NCBI GenBank assembly: GCA_016188495.1
Contig: JACPHU010000005.1
Span: 1 to 51,628 of the forward strand
DNA: 51,628 nucleotides
Direction: 5' to 3'
DNA from: Candidatus Uhrbacteria bacterium
Lineage (GTDB): Bacteria > Patescibacteriota > Patescibacteriia > UBA9934 > GWF2-40-263
In this document: positions 10,169 to 20,200 of the stretch, in pieces
Position numbering within the stretch: the first letter of the stretch is position 1
Layout of the letters: each line of letters starts with the position of its first letter
Position numbers and translations under genes: made by a program
Notes under the pieces: model-generated
Told to the model about the DNA's origin: nothing
Databases searched by the model: none
The model's input: the letters and a program-made list of their open reading frames with translations, nothing else

Positions 10169-10196
10169 AAAACGAGAGGGTTCATCCTCTCGTTTT
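10169..10196. repeat. 28-bp hairpin (groEL terminator candidate); left copy of a direct repeat flanking the 10242 gene
   Basis: AAAACGAGAGG-gttcat-CCTCTCGTTTT; 24/28 identical to 12584-12611. Confidence 0.8.
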
Positions 10197-10241
10197 TGTA
10201 TATCTAGTGAATTTTGAGAGTTTTTGATACCATTCCCGCAT

Positions 10242-12455
10242 ATGAAAGAAGGATCGAACCCGGAGTTTCTCAGGCAAAAATATCAATTTGAAAAAACTGA
10301 CGAAGCAGATCGCGCCGTGAAGAAAAAGGAGCGGCGCGGCGAACGTGTCCGTAACATACCGTCCGAGCGTATCCAGGCGTATCTTGAGCGCTTGGATATC
10401 GTTATGAATCCGCCCAAGCTCGAAGGTCACGAGAGTTTTGATCGCAAAGCCCGCAATATTTCGATGATGAAACGCTTCATGCACGAAACTCTTATTGTGA
10501 AGCCAGACGTCGCTACCGATGAATATTTGGTGCACCAACAAAAACAAGAACGTGCTATGGGATATGGTGACGTTGATATTTCTGCAGATATCCGTGATCA
10601 GATCACGCATGCGGTAGAGGCTATCGCCAAAGGATCCGACATCCACCAAGAGCTTCAGGGTCTTGAGAACGAAAAAAAGCAGATGGCGGAAGAGATCGTC
10701 GCCAAGATTGAGGACCAAAAACGTTCTCTTGATAAATGGATCGATTATCTTGCAACTGATGATGCTGCAACCGCTTACCCCGACTGGTTCAGGTATTGGG
10801 CGATGCGCAGCGTTACCGGACTCTCAAGTTTTGATAAAGATACCAAGGCCTTTCCGTCCAGGGACGAAGAGACCATGAACCCGTTTCCGGAATTGGACCA
10901 AGCTGTTCTTGGAAAGGTTCGTGATCACGTTGAGCATGATCGTGCTTACAAGGAGCGTCTCGCGGCTTCTTTAGAGGAGTTGGAACGAGCAGAAAGAAGA
11001 CATAACCAGAAACGTCAAGATGCGGTCGCCCGATATCTTCAAGAGAACCATGTTGATCTACCCAAAGGAAAGGAGAATAAGGACAGACGTGCGGATATCA
11101 TGGGAAAAATATCCGAAGCCATCAATATAGCCCCATTTGATCCGTCGACGTTTGAAATTGAAACGCCTGTCGACGACCGCAATCTCGAACCAGAAGTTCA
11201 ATCAGCCTTGGATACCAAGGATTTTGCAAGGCTCTATGCCCTTGAATTTGCCAAGCTCATTCCGACCAGCGAAACGCTTCTTCATAACATTGTCGGACAA
11301 TGGGTGAAGTACAAACAGGGATCCGAACCCGCCAAGCTCGTGCAATCCATCGAACGCCACAAGACTGGTTGGTGTACCGCAGGCGAAGAAGTCGCTCGTT
11401 CCCAGCTCTCCCGCGGTGATTTTTACGTCTACTATTCGCAAGATGAATCCGGTACAAACAGCATTCCCCGCGCCGCCATTCGCATGGAAGACGATAAGAT
11501 CGCTGAAGTTCGAGGCATTGCGCCGGATCAGAATCTTGATCCGCATATCGCACCCGTCGTCGGAGAAAAAATGAAAGAATTTCCAGATGGCACGGCTTAC
11601 GAAAAGAAGGCCGCAGATATGAGACTCTTAACCCTCATCGAACAAAAAACCGTCGCTGGGAATCCGCTTACAAAACAAGAACTCTTTTTTCTCTACGAAA
11701 TCAACGTTTCCATTGAAGGTTTTGGTTACGATAAAGATCCTCGCGTCGTCGAGTTGCGCAAAGAGCGCAATACCGAAGAAGATATGTTCGTCGTTTTCGA
11801 GTGCGATGAAAGCCAGATCGCCCATTCGGTTGACCAGATTAACGAATCGACCAAGGCCTACGTTGGCAAGCTTGAGCCAGGCATCTTTGATCGCCTACCG
11901 AAAGATGTTGAGCATGTGTATACCAAATTCCCTGATGGATGCATTCGTCGCCAAAGCATTGAAATTGGAGGCAAGGATGAACGCGAGCTCAAGGAGCTTC
12001 TTGAGGGAAATTGGTATGAGATCTATTCGTATACCAAATCAATGATGGAACATGAGGATTTCAAACGCTCGCTTCGCGAGGCAGATCCGAAGCAACCAGA
12101 TTGGAAAAAGTGGAAGCTTAAATCATTGGAAGAGGCAAAGCTTGTCCGTTTACGAGTTGAAGATCTGGGATTTTCAAGCGGAGCGACAACGGATCAGATT
12201 TATGCGCGAGCGGAAGAACTAGGCCTTGAACTCTGTCCACCGGAAGTTGGTCCGCAGTTCCGTTTGCAGTACGTCAATCAGCCAATGAACGAATACGTTT
12301 ACGTTGGTATGAAACAAATCTCCGATTCCGACGGCAGCAGACGCGTCTTCAGCGTGGGACGCGGTGACGGCGGGTCGTGGCTCAACGGCAATTGGGCGCT
12401 GCCGACGGACCGGTGGGCTGCGAACAATCAGTTTGTCTTCCGTCTTCGCAAGTAA
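10242..12455 (+). CDS. Large hypothetical protein with a GWCTAG-motif domain and a C-terminal DGR-target-like variable region
   Basis: 737 aa. The C-terminus MKQISDSDGSRRVFSVGRGDGGSWLNGNWALPTDRWAANNQFVFRLRK is encoded by a GC-rich, NNC/NNT-rich stretch (12321-12455). An extended -10 lies 8 nt before the ATG. Confidence 0.85.
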   Translation: MKEGSNPEFLRQKYQFEKTDEADRAVKKKERRGERVRNIPSERIQAYLERLDIVMNPPKLEGHESFDRKARNISMMKRFMHETLIVKPDVATDEYLVHQQKQERAMGYGDVDISADIRDQITHAVEAIAKGSDIHQELQGLENEKKQMAEEIVAKIEDQKRSLDKWIDYLATDDAATAYPDWFRYWAMRSVTGLSSFDKDTKAFPSRDEETMNPFPELDQAVLGKVRDHVEHDRAYKERLAASLEELERAERRHNQKRQDAVARYLQENHVDLPKGKENKDRRADIMGKISEAINIAPFDPSTFEIETPVDDRNLEPEVQSALDTKDFARLYALEFAKLIPTSETLLHNIVGQWVKYKQGSEPAKLVQSIERHKTGWCTAGEEVARSQLSRGDFYVYYSQDESGTNSIPRAAIRMEDDKIAEVRGIAPDQNLDPHIAPVVGEKMKEFPDGTAYEKKAADMRLLTLIEQKTVAGNPLTKQELFFLYEINVSIEGFGYDKDPRVVELRKERNTEEDMFVVFECDESQIAHSVDQINESTKAYVGKLEPGIFDRLPKDVEHVYTKFPDGCIRRQSIEIGGKDERELKELLEGNWYEIYSYTKSMMEHEDFKRSLREADPKQPDWKKWKLKSLEEAKLVRLRVEDLGFSSGATTDQIYARAEELGLELCPPEVGPQFRLQYVNQPMNEYVYVGMKQISDSDGSRRVFSVGRGDGGSWLNGNWALPTDRWAANNQFVFRLRK

Positions 12456-12520
12456 CCCTTGAAGTCTTAGTCGCTTCTTGAAACTTTGTTTCTTTGATCC
12501 TTTGATATTTTTTATCGTTT

Positions 12521-12537
12521 ACCTGCGACAGGCAGGT
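12521..12537. repeat. Short REP-like hairpin
   Basis: ACCTGC-GACAG-GCAGGT in an otherwise AT-rich intergenic region. Confidence 0.4.
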
Positions 12538-12583
12538 CTCGTCGATTTTAGGAAAATCTTACCGTAAATTATTTTTTTTCAAA

Positions 12584-12611
12584 AAAACGAGAGGAGAGAT
12601 CCTCTCGTTTT
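12584..12611. repeat. 28-bp hairpin (terminator candidate); right copy of the direct repeat
   Basis: AAAACGAGAGG-agagat-CCTCTCGTTTT. Confidence 0.8.
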
Positions 12612-12663
12612 GCTTTAGGGAATCCCTCTAATCTGTTACCATGGTTTTAAACAAAATAAATAT

Positions 12664-13014
12664 ATGACTGACAAAACACCAGAAACTGAATATATTCCTC
12701 CTCAATCTTCCCTTTCTTCCGATGAACGTTTTTTTGCCGCGATCGGTTATTTGGGTATTTTGTGCCTTGTTCCGCTTCTTTTAAAGAAGCATAGTTCTTT
12801 TGCCCAGCATCATGGCAAACAAGGTCTTGTCATTTTAGTCGCCTGGCTTGGATTATGGGTGGGAATGATCGTTCCTATTTTAGGGCAGATTGTCTGGTCC
12901 CTTGGGTCACTCGCATTAATGATTTTGATCATTTTAGGAATGATTAATGCGTTTCAAGGAAAAATGTGGGATATGCCGATCCTGGGCAAGTACGCAAAAA
13001 ATTTAAAGCTCTAA
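12664..13014 (+). CDS. DUF4870-like small membrane protein
   Basis: AAIGYLGILCLVPL, FAQHHGKQG and GMINAFQGK..MPILG pattern with 3 TM segments. Confidence 0.8.
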   Translation: MTDKTPETEYIPPQSSLSSDERFFAAIGYLGILCLVPLLLKKHSSFAQHHGKQGLVILVAWLGLWVGMIVPILGQIVWSLGSLALMILIILGMINAFQGKMWDMPILGKYAKNLKL

Positions 13015-13018
13015 ACAT

Positions 13019-14135
13019 ATGATTGAGCTTCTTAAACACATTCAAGTCCTCCGGGTAAAGACAGAAAAGACCTGGAGGTTACTTTGACCTTGATACCGTT
13101 CAAACCCAACTCAAAACGCTTGAGGTTCAAATGTCATCCCCTGATTTTTGGCAACATCAAGAGCAGGCTCAGCGAGTAAGTAAAGAAGCGGCTGAGTTGC
13201 GTGAAGAACTACTTACATGGGAAGGGTTTTTAAAAGAGGTTTCTGATTTGGAAGAACTTGCTTCTCTTGGAGACGAAACATTGCATGATGAAATCGCCAT
13301 AAAGTTAACTGATCTTGAAGCGCGTTTTGTTAAGATGGAATTTGCGACCCTCTTTGCGGGTTCCTACGATAAGGATACGGCCATTGTCGCCATCCATGCG
13401 GGTTCTGGTGGAACAGAAGCTCAAGATTGGACACAAATGCTGACGCGTATGTATCTGCGTTTTGCTGAATCCAAACACTGGCAAGTGACGGTATTGAGTG
13501 AATCGCGCGCTGAGGACGTTGGTCTTAAAAGTATTACTTTGCGTGTACAGGGCCGTTGGGCCTATGGGTATCTGAAATCGGAAGCTGGCGTTCATCGTCT
13601 GGTGAGGATTTCTCCTTTTGATGCAGAGAAAATGCGTCATACTACCTTTGCTCTTGTGGAAGTGATTCCGGAACTGGAGGACGTTGCAGAGATAGAGATT
13701 GATCCAAAAGATCTTCGTGTTGATACGTTTTTAAGTGGTGGAAAGGGAGGACAAAGCGTGAACACGACCTATTCTGCGGTCAGAATTGTTCACCTTCCCA
13801 CCAATATTGCCGTCGTGTGTCAAAATGAACGTTCCCAGTTGCAGAACAAAGAAACGGCCATGAGGATCCTCAAATCCAAACTGCATCAAATTCAATTAAA
13901 GGAACAGGAGCAAAAGAAAGCGCAGTTGCGTGGAGAATATCAATCAGCACAATGGGGGAGTCAGATTCGTTCCTATATTCTTCATCCCTACAAGCTCGTA
14001 AAGGATCATCGAACCGATTACGAAACCACCGATGCAGAAGGGGTGCTAGAAGGCGCATTGGAACCTTTTATGGAACATTATCTTCGTTATGAACTCGAAC
14101 GTTCATCACGTTTCGAAGAGGCAAATAAGAATTAA
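13019..14135 (+). CDS. prfB: Peptide chain release factor 2, expressed by programmed +1 frameshift
   Basis: ATG 13019 opens 22 codons ending CTT TGA C (13082-13088), with internal SD GGAGG at 13074-13078. The +1 frame joins ORF 13131-14135, which has the SPF (RISPFD) and GGQ motifs. Confidence 0.97.
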
Positions 14136-14138
14136 TGT

Positions 14139-15071
14139 ATGGCAAAAAAATTTCAAACAGCTTTAGTGACCGGCGGTGCCGGATTTATCGGGTCTCATAT
14201 TGTAGACGCGTTGATTCGTCGGCATATCAAGGTTTATGTGGCGGATGACTTTTCAACCGGTCAGAAAGCAAACGTAAATCCCAATGCCGATGTCACACGC
14301 TTGTCGATCTTACATCCTTCCTTTATTCCGTTGTTGAAAAAAATCAAACCCGATGTGGTTTTTCATTTAGCCGCACAAATCAATTTACGCGATTCTCTTC
14401 AAGATCCTTTGAATGATGCAAAGATTAATATTTTGGGAACTCTGACATTGATTCACGAGTGTGCCAAACTGGGTGTAAAAAAAATAATCTATTCTTCCAC
14501 CGGCGGTCCCATGTACCCGGAAGAGGCAAGAATGCCTTGGTCTGAAAAGATCCATCCGCAACCCATTTCTCCTTACGGGATTTCTAAACGCTCGGCGGAG
14601 ATGTATTTCCATTATGCCTTTCAAGTGCATGGAATGCCCTATGTCGCGTTGCGTTATGCCAACGTGTACGGACCAAGACAAAATGCCAAGGGAGAAGCCG
14701 GGGTGATTTCCATTTTTGCAGATCATTTTATGAAAGGGAAACCTATGATTATCCATGGATCAGGCGAGCAAACTCGTGATTTCGTTTTTGTAGAGGATGT
14801 GGTTCGCGCCAATATGAGCGCGATGGATCGTTCAGCAGTAGGAGTGTTTAATATAGGCACAGGAAAGCAAACAAGCATTAATACGATTTTTCGAAAATTA
14901 AAAAAGATCACTCAGTCATCATTGCCCGAACGTCATGACGCTCCGGTCATTGGGGAAGTCGTGCATTCAGCTCTTTCTTCTCGCGAAGCTTTTATTCATC
15001 TTGGATGGCGGCCAAGCGTTAAACTGGATCAAGGACTTGAAAAAACCGTTGCATGGATGCGCAAACGTTAA
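14139..15071 (+). CDS. NAD-dependent sugar epimerase/dehydratase (GalE-like extended SDR)
   Basis: VTGGAGFIGSH, FHLAAQ, YGISK (YxxxK), LRYANVYGPRQ and TRDFVFVEDV motifs. Confidence 0.92.
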   Translation: MAKKFQTALVTGGAGFIGSHIVDALIRRHIKVYVADDFSTGQKANVNPNADVTRLSILHPSFIPLLKKIKPDVVFHLAAQINLRDSLQDPLNDAKINILGTLTLIHECAKLGVKKIIYSSTGGPMYPEEARMPWSEKIHPQPISPYGISKRSAEMYFHYAFQVHGMPYVALRYANVYGPRQNAKGEAGVISIFADHFMKGKPMIIHGSGEQTRDFVFVEDVVRANMSAMDRSAVGVFNIGTGKQTSINTIFRKLKKITQSSLPERHDAPVIGEVVHSALSSREAFIHLGWRPSVKLDQGLEKTVAWMRKR

Positions 15072-15652
15072 ATGATCAAACCATACAGCAGGCTATTGCG
15101 GTTCTCAAAAACGGCGGAGTGGTTGTATTTCCCACGGAGACCGCATACGGCCTTGCTGCAGATGCGGCAAACACGGAATCTGTCGATCGAGTTTCCCTTA
15201 TCAAAGGTCGTACAGAAGACAAATCTTTGCCGCTTATTGCCGCAGATACCGCCATGGTTGAAGTCATTGCCGGAATTCCAAGAGGACTCAGAAGCCTTGC
15301 GGATCGCTATTGGCCGGGTCCTTTGACCCTCGTTCTTCCTGTCATGGGTGACCAGTTAGCAGCATCTGTCATCAGACAAGGAACGATTGCTATCCGTGTT
15401 TCGTCCCACCCTGTCGCGCAAGCTCTTGCTCGCGGTCTTGGCAGACCCATCGTTTCCACTTCAGCAAATCGAAGCGGAGAGCCCACCTGTTATTCGCTCG
15501 AGTGCGTGAAAAAGCAATTTGAACATCAACCCATAAAACCAGATTATTATCTAGATGCAGGAGTGCTTCTTCCAGAACCTACGTCTACGATTGTTGGGTT
15601 GGACGATTACGGAATTCCCGAAGTCCTTCGTCAGGGATCTATTGAAATATGA
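15053..15652 (+). CDS. tsaC: L-threonylcarbamoyladenylate synthase (TsaC/YrdC/Sua5)
   Basis: FPTETAYGL, KGR...K.LP, WPGPLTLVL, STSANRSG and LRQG motifs. Confidence 0.95.
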   Translation: MDAQTLNDQTIQQAIAVLKNGGVVVFPTETAYGLAADAANTESVDRVSLIKGRTEDKSLPLIAADTAMVEVIAGIPRGLRSLADRYWPGPLTLVLPVMGDQLAASVIRQGTIAIRVSSHPVAQALARGLGRPIVSTSANRSGEPTCYSLECVKKQFEHQPIKPDYYLDAGVLLPEPTSTIVGLDDYGIPEVLRQGSIEI

Positions 15653-16461
15653 CGCTGTCTCCTCGAGCAAAAAAAAGTTACGGCCAAAATTGGCTGGTGG
15701 ACGAGACGGTCGTAAAAAAGATCATTCAAGCCGCTGAAATTAGGAGCGGCGAACCTGTTCTTGAGATCGGTCCAGGAACCGGTGTTCTGACTCAAGCGTT
15801 GGTGGATGCTGGCGCACAAGTGATAGCGATAGAGGCGGATCCCTACTTGATCGAGCCTTTGAAAGAGAGGTTCGGTGATCGTATCTACTTGATTCAAGGG
15901 GACGCGCTCACCTTTCCACTCCCACCTCCGCTCTCCGAGCTACGGTGGGCAGGCCATCACTTTTCCTACAAACTGATCGCCAATATTCCTTATAATATTA
16001 CTTCAGATTTGCTGAGACGATTTTTGACACAGGATCCTAAACCCAGCCGAATGGTGTTGATGGTTCAAAAAGAGGTGGCGGACCGTATTACGGCTAAGCC
16101 TCCACAGATGAGCTTATTATCTGTCGTTTGTCAGCTTTATGCCACTTGTGCACGTGTGAGTGTTGTCCCTAGAGGGGCATTCCGACCTATACCAAACGTA
16201 GATTCAGCGATCGTACAGTTTGATCTTGAAGATCCTCAATCACGATGGGGAATAGATCCGGAATCTGTTATTGAGTTGGCAAAGCTGGGATTTTCTTCGC
16301 GTCGTAAGCAACTGCACGGGAATATGGCAGGCGCATCCATACACGTGACCTCCTCGCAGGTAAAAGAAGCCCTTTCGTTTTTGGGTTTAGACCCAAGATC
16401 CAGAGCCGAAGTCCTCACGGTAGATCAATGGGTCCAACTTACCCACACATTGAATGAATAA
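15649..16461 (+). CDS. rsmA: 16S rRNA m6,2A dimethyltransferase RsmA/KsgA
   Basis: KKSYGQNWL, VLEIGPGTGVLT, ANIPYNITS, MVQKEVADRI, F.P.PNVDSA and RRKQL motifs. Confidence 0.97.
   Translation: MTLSPRAKKSYGQNWLVDETVVKKIIQAAEIRSGEPVLEIGPGTGVLTQALVDAGAQVIAIEADPYLIEPLKERFGDRIYLIQGDALTFPLPPPLSELRWAGHHFSYKLIANIPYNITSDLLRRFLTQDPKPSRMVLMVQKEVADRITAKPPQMSLLSVVCQLYATCARVSVVPRGAFRPIPNVDSAIVQFDLEDPQSRWGIDPESVIELAKLGFSSRRKQLHGNMAGASIHVTSSQVKEALSFLGLDPRSRAEVLTVDQWVQLTHTLNE
15921..15953. repeat. REP-like palindrome apparently inserted in frame in rsmA
   Basis: CCCACC-tcc-GCTC-tcc-GAGC-tac-GGTGGG-cagg, 33 nt, encodes about PPPLSELRWAG in a loop before YKLIANIPY. Confidence 0.6.
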
Positions 16462-16466
16462 TGCAA

Positions 16467-16495
16467 AAAACGTCTAGGTAAGACCTAGACGTTTT
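16467..16495 (+). terminator. Hairpin terminator after rsmA
   Basis: AAAACGTCTAGG/CCTAGACGTTTT inverted repeat. Confidence 0.75.
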
Positions 16496-16521
16496 GTTAT
16501 AATTAAGCGGAAGAGGTCTCT

Positions 16522-17214
16522 ATGGCTACGCAACGGATCCGTCTTAAACCAATTTCACCTGTACGTATCGAACAAAAGGTCGCTTTCGGTCTTTTGATGT
16601 TTTTGGGTTTAGGAGGAGTTGTGTTTGGATTCCAATCTTTTGGAGCCAGCATGCAACGACCTATTCAAAAACAAATAAAGGAATCTTATACAGGCGAACA
16701 ATATTTAACGCAGGATCAACGCGATGAACAGGAACGCGAAGCTTCCAAGACCAAGGATACAGATGCCGACGGACTCGTCGATTATGATGAGTTATACGTT
16801 TATAAGACGAGCCCTTACATTGTCGATTCTGATTCTGACGGATATGACGATAAGACAGAAATTTTTTCTGGAAACAATCCCAACTGTCCTGTTGGCAAAA
16901 CGTGCGGATTTATTGTCGCCTCTGATGAAGAAGCAACAGCGTCCAACAATATTGCCGACGCCTTTGTCCAGAGCCTTGGGGCAGGAGCGCTGATCGAAGC
17001 AGGGAGTGTTCAGTTCAATTCGGCAGCTGACGTTGAAGCGTTTTTTAAACAAGCAACCATGGATCAGATTCGCGCCGCCCTCATCGAATCGGGCATGAGC
17101 CAGGAAGAACTTGATGCTATCGACGATGAGACTTTGAGAGCTTTTTTTAACGGAGCATTGGATGAGGCATCGGTTTCCGGAAATCTCGATCAATATGTCG
17201 CTCCCACTGAATAG
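16522..17214 (+). CDS. Membrane-anchored protein with thrombospondin-type-3-like Ca-binding repeats
   Basis: N-terminal TM, then DTDADGLVDYDE and DSDSDGYDDKTE...NP acidic repeats. Confidence 0.8.
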   Translation: MATQRIRLKPISPVRIEQKVAFGLLMFLGLGGVVFGFQSFGASMQRPIQKQIKESYTGEQYLTQDQRDEQEREASKTKDTDADGLVDYDELYVYKTSPYIVDSDSDGYDDKTEIFSGNNPNCPVGKTCGFIVASDEEATASNNIADAFVQSLGAGALIEAGSVQFNSAADVEAFFKQATMDQIRAALIESGMSQEELDAIDDETLRAFFNGALDEASVSGNLDQYVAPTE

Positions 17215-17219
17215 TTTTT

Positions 17220-20200
17220 ATGATGCAGATTTTACGTAAAACCAAACGATATTTGAGTGCAGGCCTTACGACTGTTTTTGTTCTGAGTTTGATAATGTTT
17301 GGATTTTTTATTCCTCAAAAATCAGTGTTTGCTGTTGATGCTGAAGGAATTCTCAGTAGTAATAGAGCTTCTGCTGCAGCGGCAAGAGCTGCTTGTTTAA
17401 AAACTGGAGCTGTTCCTTCAACGTGTCCTCCAGAAGGAATTGAAAATAGTTTACAGGTGGTTGGAGATAAAATCATCTCTCCGGCCTTTCGTATCGCTCT
17501 TATTCAGGCGCTGTTGAATCTTTCCCAATTTGTCTTGAACCGTCTGGCGTATGAAGCGGCTGTGGCGATCGCCTCCGGCGGTCCAGGAGAAGAGTCTTTG
17601 TTTTACCAACAGACTCCTGTTGAAGCGTTCAAGCAATTAGGGCTTGAAGCGGCAGGAGAGGCGATTGGAACCATTTCAGAACTTTCGTCTACGAAGCTGG
17701 GAATTGAATTTAATCTGTGCCAGCCGAACAATTCGCCTTTACAACTTGCCCTTGCTGTCGGTATTAAACAGAAATATAAACCCACGAAACCTAAGTGTGA
17801 CATTTTAGAAATAGGGAAAAATTGGAGTGGATTGTTTACGAATTTTTATCAGACTATTAGCGATCCGGATGCCTTGCAAAAAGCGGTCTTAACGAAGTTT
17901 GCGGAATCTCTCAAGCCTGGAAAAAATGAATTAAGCGCAACCCTTCGCGTGAATATTGCCATTGACCAAAAGGTGCATGAACAAAAGTTGCTCCAATTTT
18001 TGCAACAAAATCAAAATCAGTATAAGTCCGTTACCGATTTTATTACGGGAAATGTCAAAACTCCTTCACAGACGCTGCAGGGAGAATTTGAATCAAAACT
18101 CAAGGAAGTCAACGGAGACCAATCCAAGATTAAAGTCGGCGAACTGGTGAATTCCGGCGAATTGATCGGAGGATTGGCTCTTTCTACGGCTTCCACATTC
18201 ACCAATACCCTTTTGTCCCAACTCATGAATCGTATTTATACAGGGTTGTTTGAATCAGAGCCTATTCCTGATCCTTTTGATGTTGAAGGTGTAGGAGGAA
18301 GTGACAGAGAGTCTGCTCAGGAACGTTTTGCTTCCATTATTGCCACCCATCCTATTGCCACAGCGGAATATAATGCTCTTTCCGAATTCGTTGTCTGTAC
18401 TGCCGAAGGGGTGACCAATCGAGGTCTCTACAACTGCGTCATGGATGTGAATTTTTTGGCTGCTGTCAGTCGCGGAAACAGTGGATCGGCTTTGACGGTC
18501 CAAGAAGCCATTGACGAAGGGCTTTTGGATGGAAATAAACCGCTTATTTCTCCGGAAAACGAACCGGCAAACCAAGATCCTTACTGCTATACCTACGGAT
18601 ATTGTTACGGAAACTTGGTAAAGCTTCGAAAGGCCCGAGTGCTTCCTATCGGTTGGGAACTGGCCGCATTGCGCAATAGCGAAACCACTCCCGCAACCCT
18701 TCAAGAAGTCATTGACGGGTTTAATCATTGTACGGAAGACGGAACGATCGGACCTTCCAATTCAGTCAATAGTGATACGAAATGGTGTCACTTGATTGAT
18801 CCCAATTGGGTTTTGAAATATCCGGAAACGCAATGCCGCGCTATTGTTAGCGGTGAAATTCGCCTTTCTACCCTGAGCCCGGGACGCTCCAGTGTCTGTG
18901 TAGACGCTCCAAGCTGTATCGGTGAAAATAACGAAGGTGTCTGTACGGACGGATACGGCTATTGCGTTCAGGAAAAAAACGTCTGGCGTTTTCGCGGAGA
19001 TGAATGTCCGGCTGAATATGCCAGCTGCTTGTCTTTTCAAAATACCCAGACGGGTGATCCGGGTGATTTTCTTGTGAATACCGTGGACTACAGCGTGTGT
19101 GATCAGAATAATGCCGGATGTCAGTGGTATCGAACCAATAAGTATCTGGATGACGCGGGGACCTCGGACGATACATCAGATGATACCTACGTCTGGCTTC
19201 CAGAGGGGGAGGCGTATATTACGATGGACGTTGATAGTACAACGTCTGACCACGATGACGATTTAAACTATCAAACAACTTCCGGAGGTTCTGTTAGTCC
19301 GGCAACCTACACGTATACGTCAGATTCCGGAAACACCTACACGTACACCAGTTACACCTATCAAGATCGTCTCTACTTAACCCACAACGCCCAAACATGT
19401 GCAGACAGCGATGCAGGTTGTACGAAACTATTTGAATTTGACGAGGATCTCGTACTCAATGCTGTTCAAAATCCAAGTTTTGAAGATGATACAGACGAGG
19501 ATGGTTTTCCTGATTATTGGGTGAAAACAGTCACCGGAGGTTCTTCAGAAAAAAGAGTCGAAGATGGAGCGGCGGTCGGTTCTTCCCTGTTCCAAACCGA
19601 CAGCAGTAGTTTTTATCAGTATGTCCCTTTGCAAGCGAACAATTTTTACACGTTGAGTTTTTACGCCAAGACCGTCAGTACAAGCGCCGGTTCTACGACG
19701 CTGTCTCTTTCTTTGGAAGATAAAAACGGATCCGTGGTTTCTATTGCCGGCACGTCCTATCAAGGGGATTGTTCTCCTGTCAGCAATACCTATTCGATTG
19801 TTTTGAATCCAGCAAGCACTTCTCAATTCACCTCGGGTGAATGGTCCAGATTCGATTGTACCTTTACGGCCCCTTCGAATACGGTTCAAGCCAATATTTC
19901 TGTTGATAGCGATGCCTTGTTTCTTGACGGTATTCAGCTTGAATTAGGCGAGGATGTTCATTCTTTCGCAGAAGGGTATAGCTCGACGCCTGTTGCCGCT
20001 TATTACAAAATGGCACCGGATTATTTGGGATGTTCCGGTTCCTCAAATGATCCGTCTGAGTGCGACAATTATACTCAAGCGTGTCAGGCACAAGACGTGG
20101 GTTGTAATTTGTATACTCCCGAAGATGGCGACCCTTCTATTCCAGCGATTATTTCTGAGCTGGACCAATGTCCAAGCGAGTGTGTCGGGTATACCACTTA

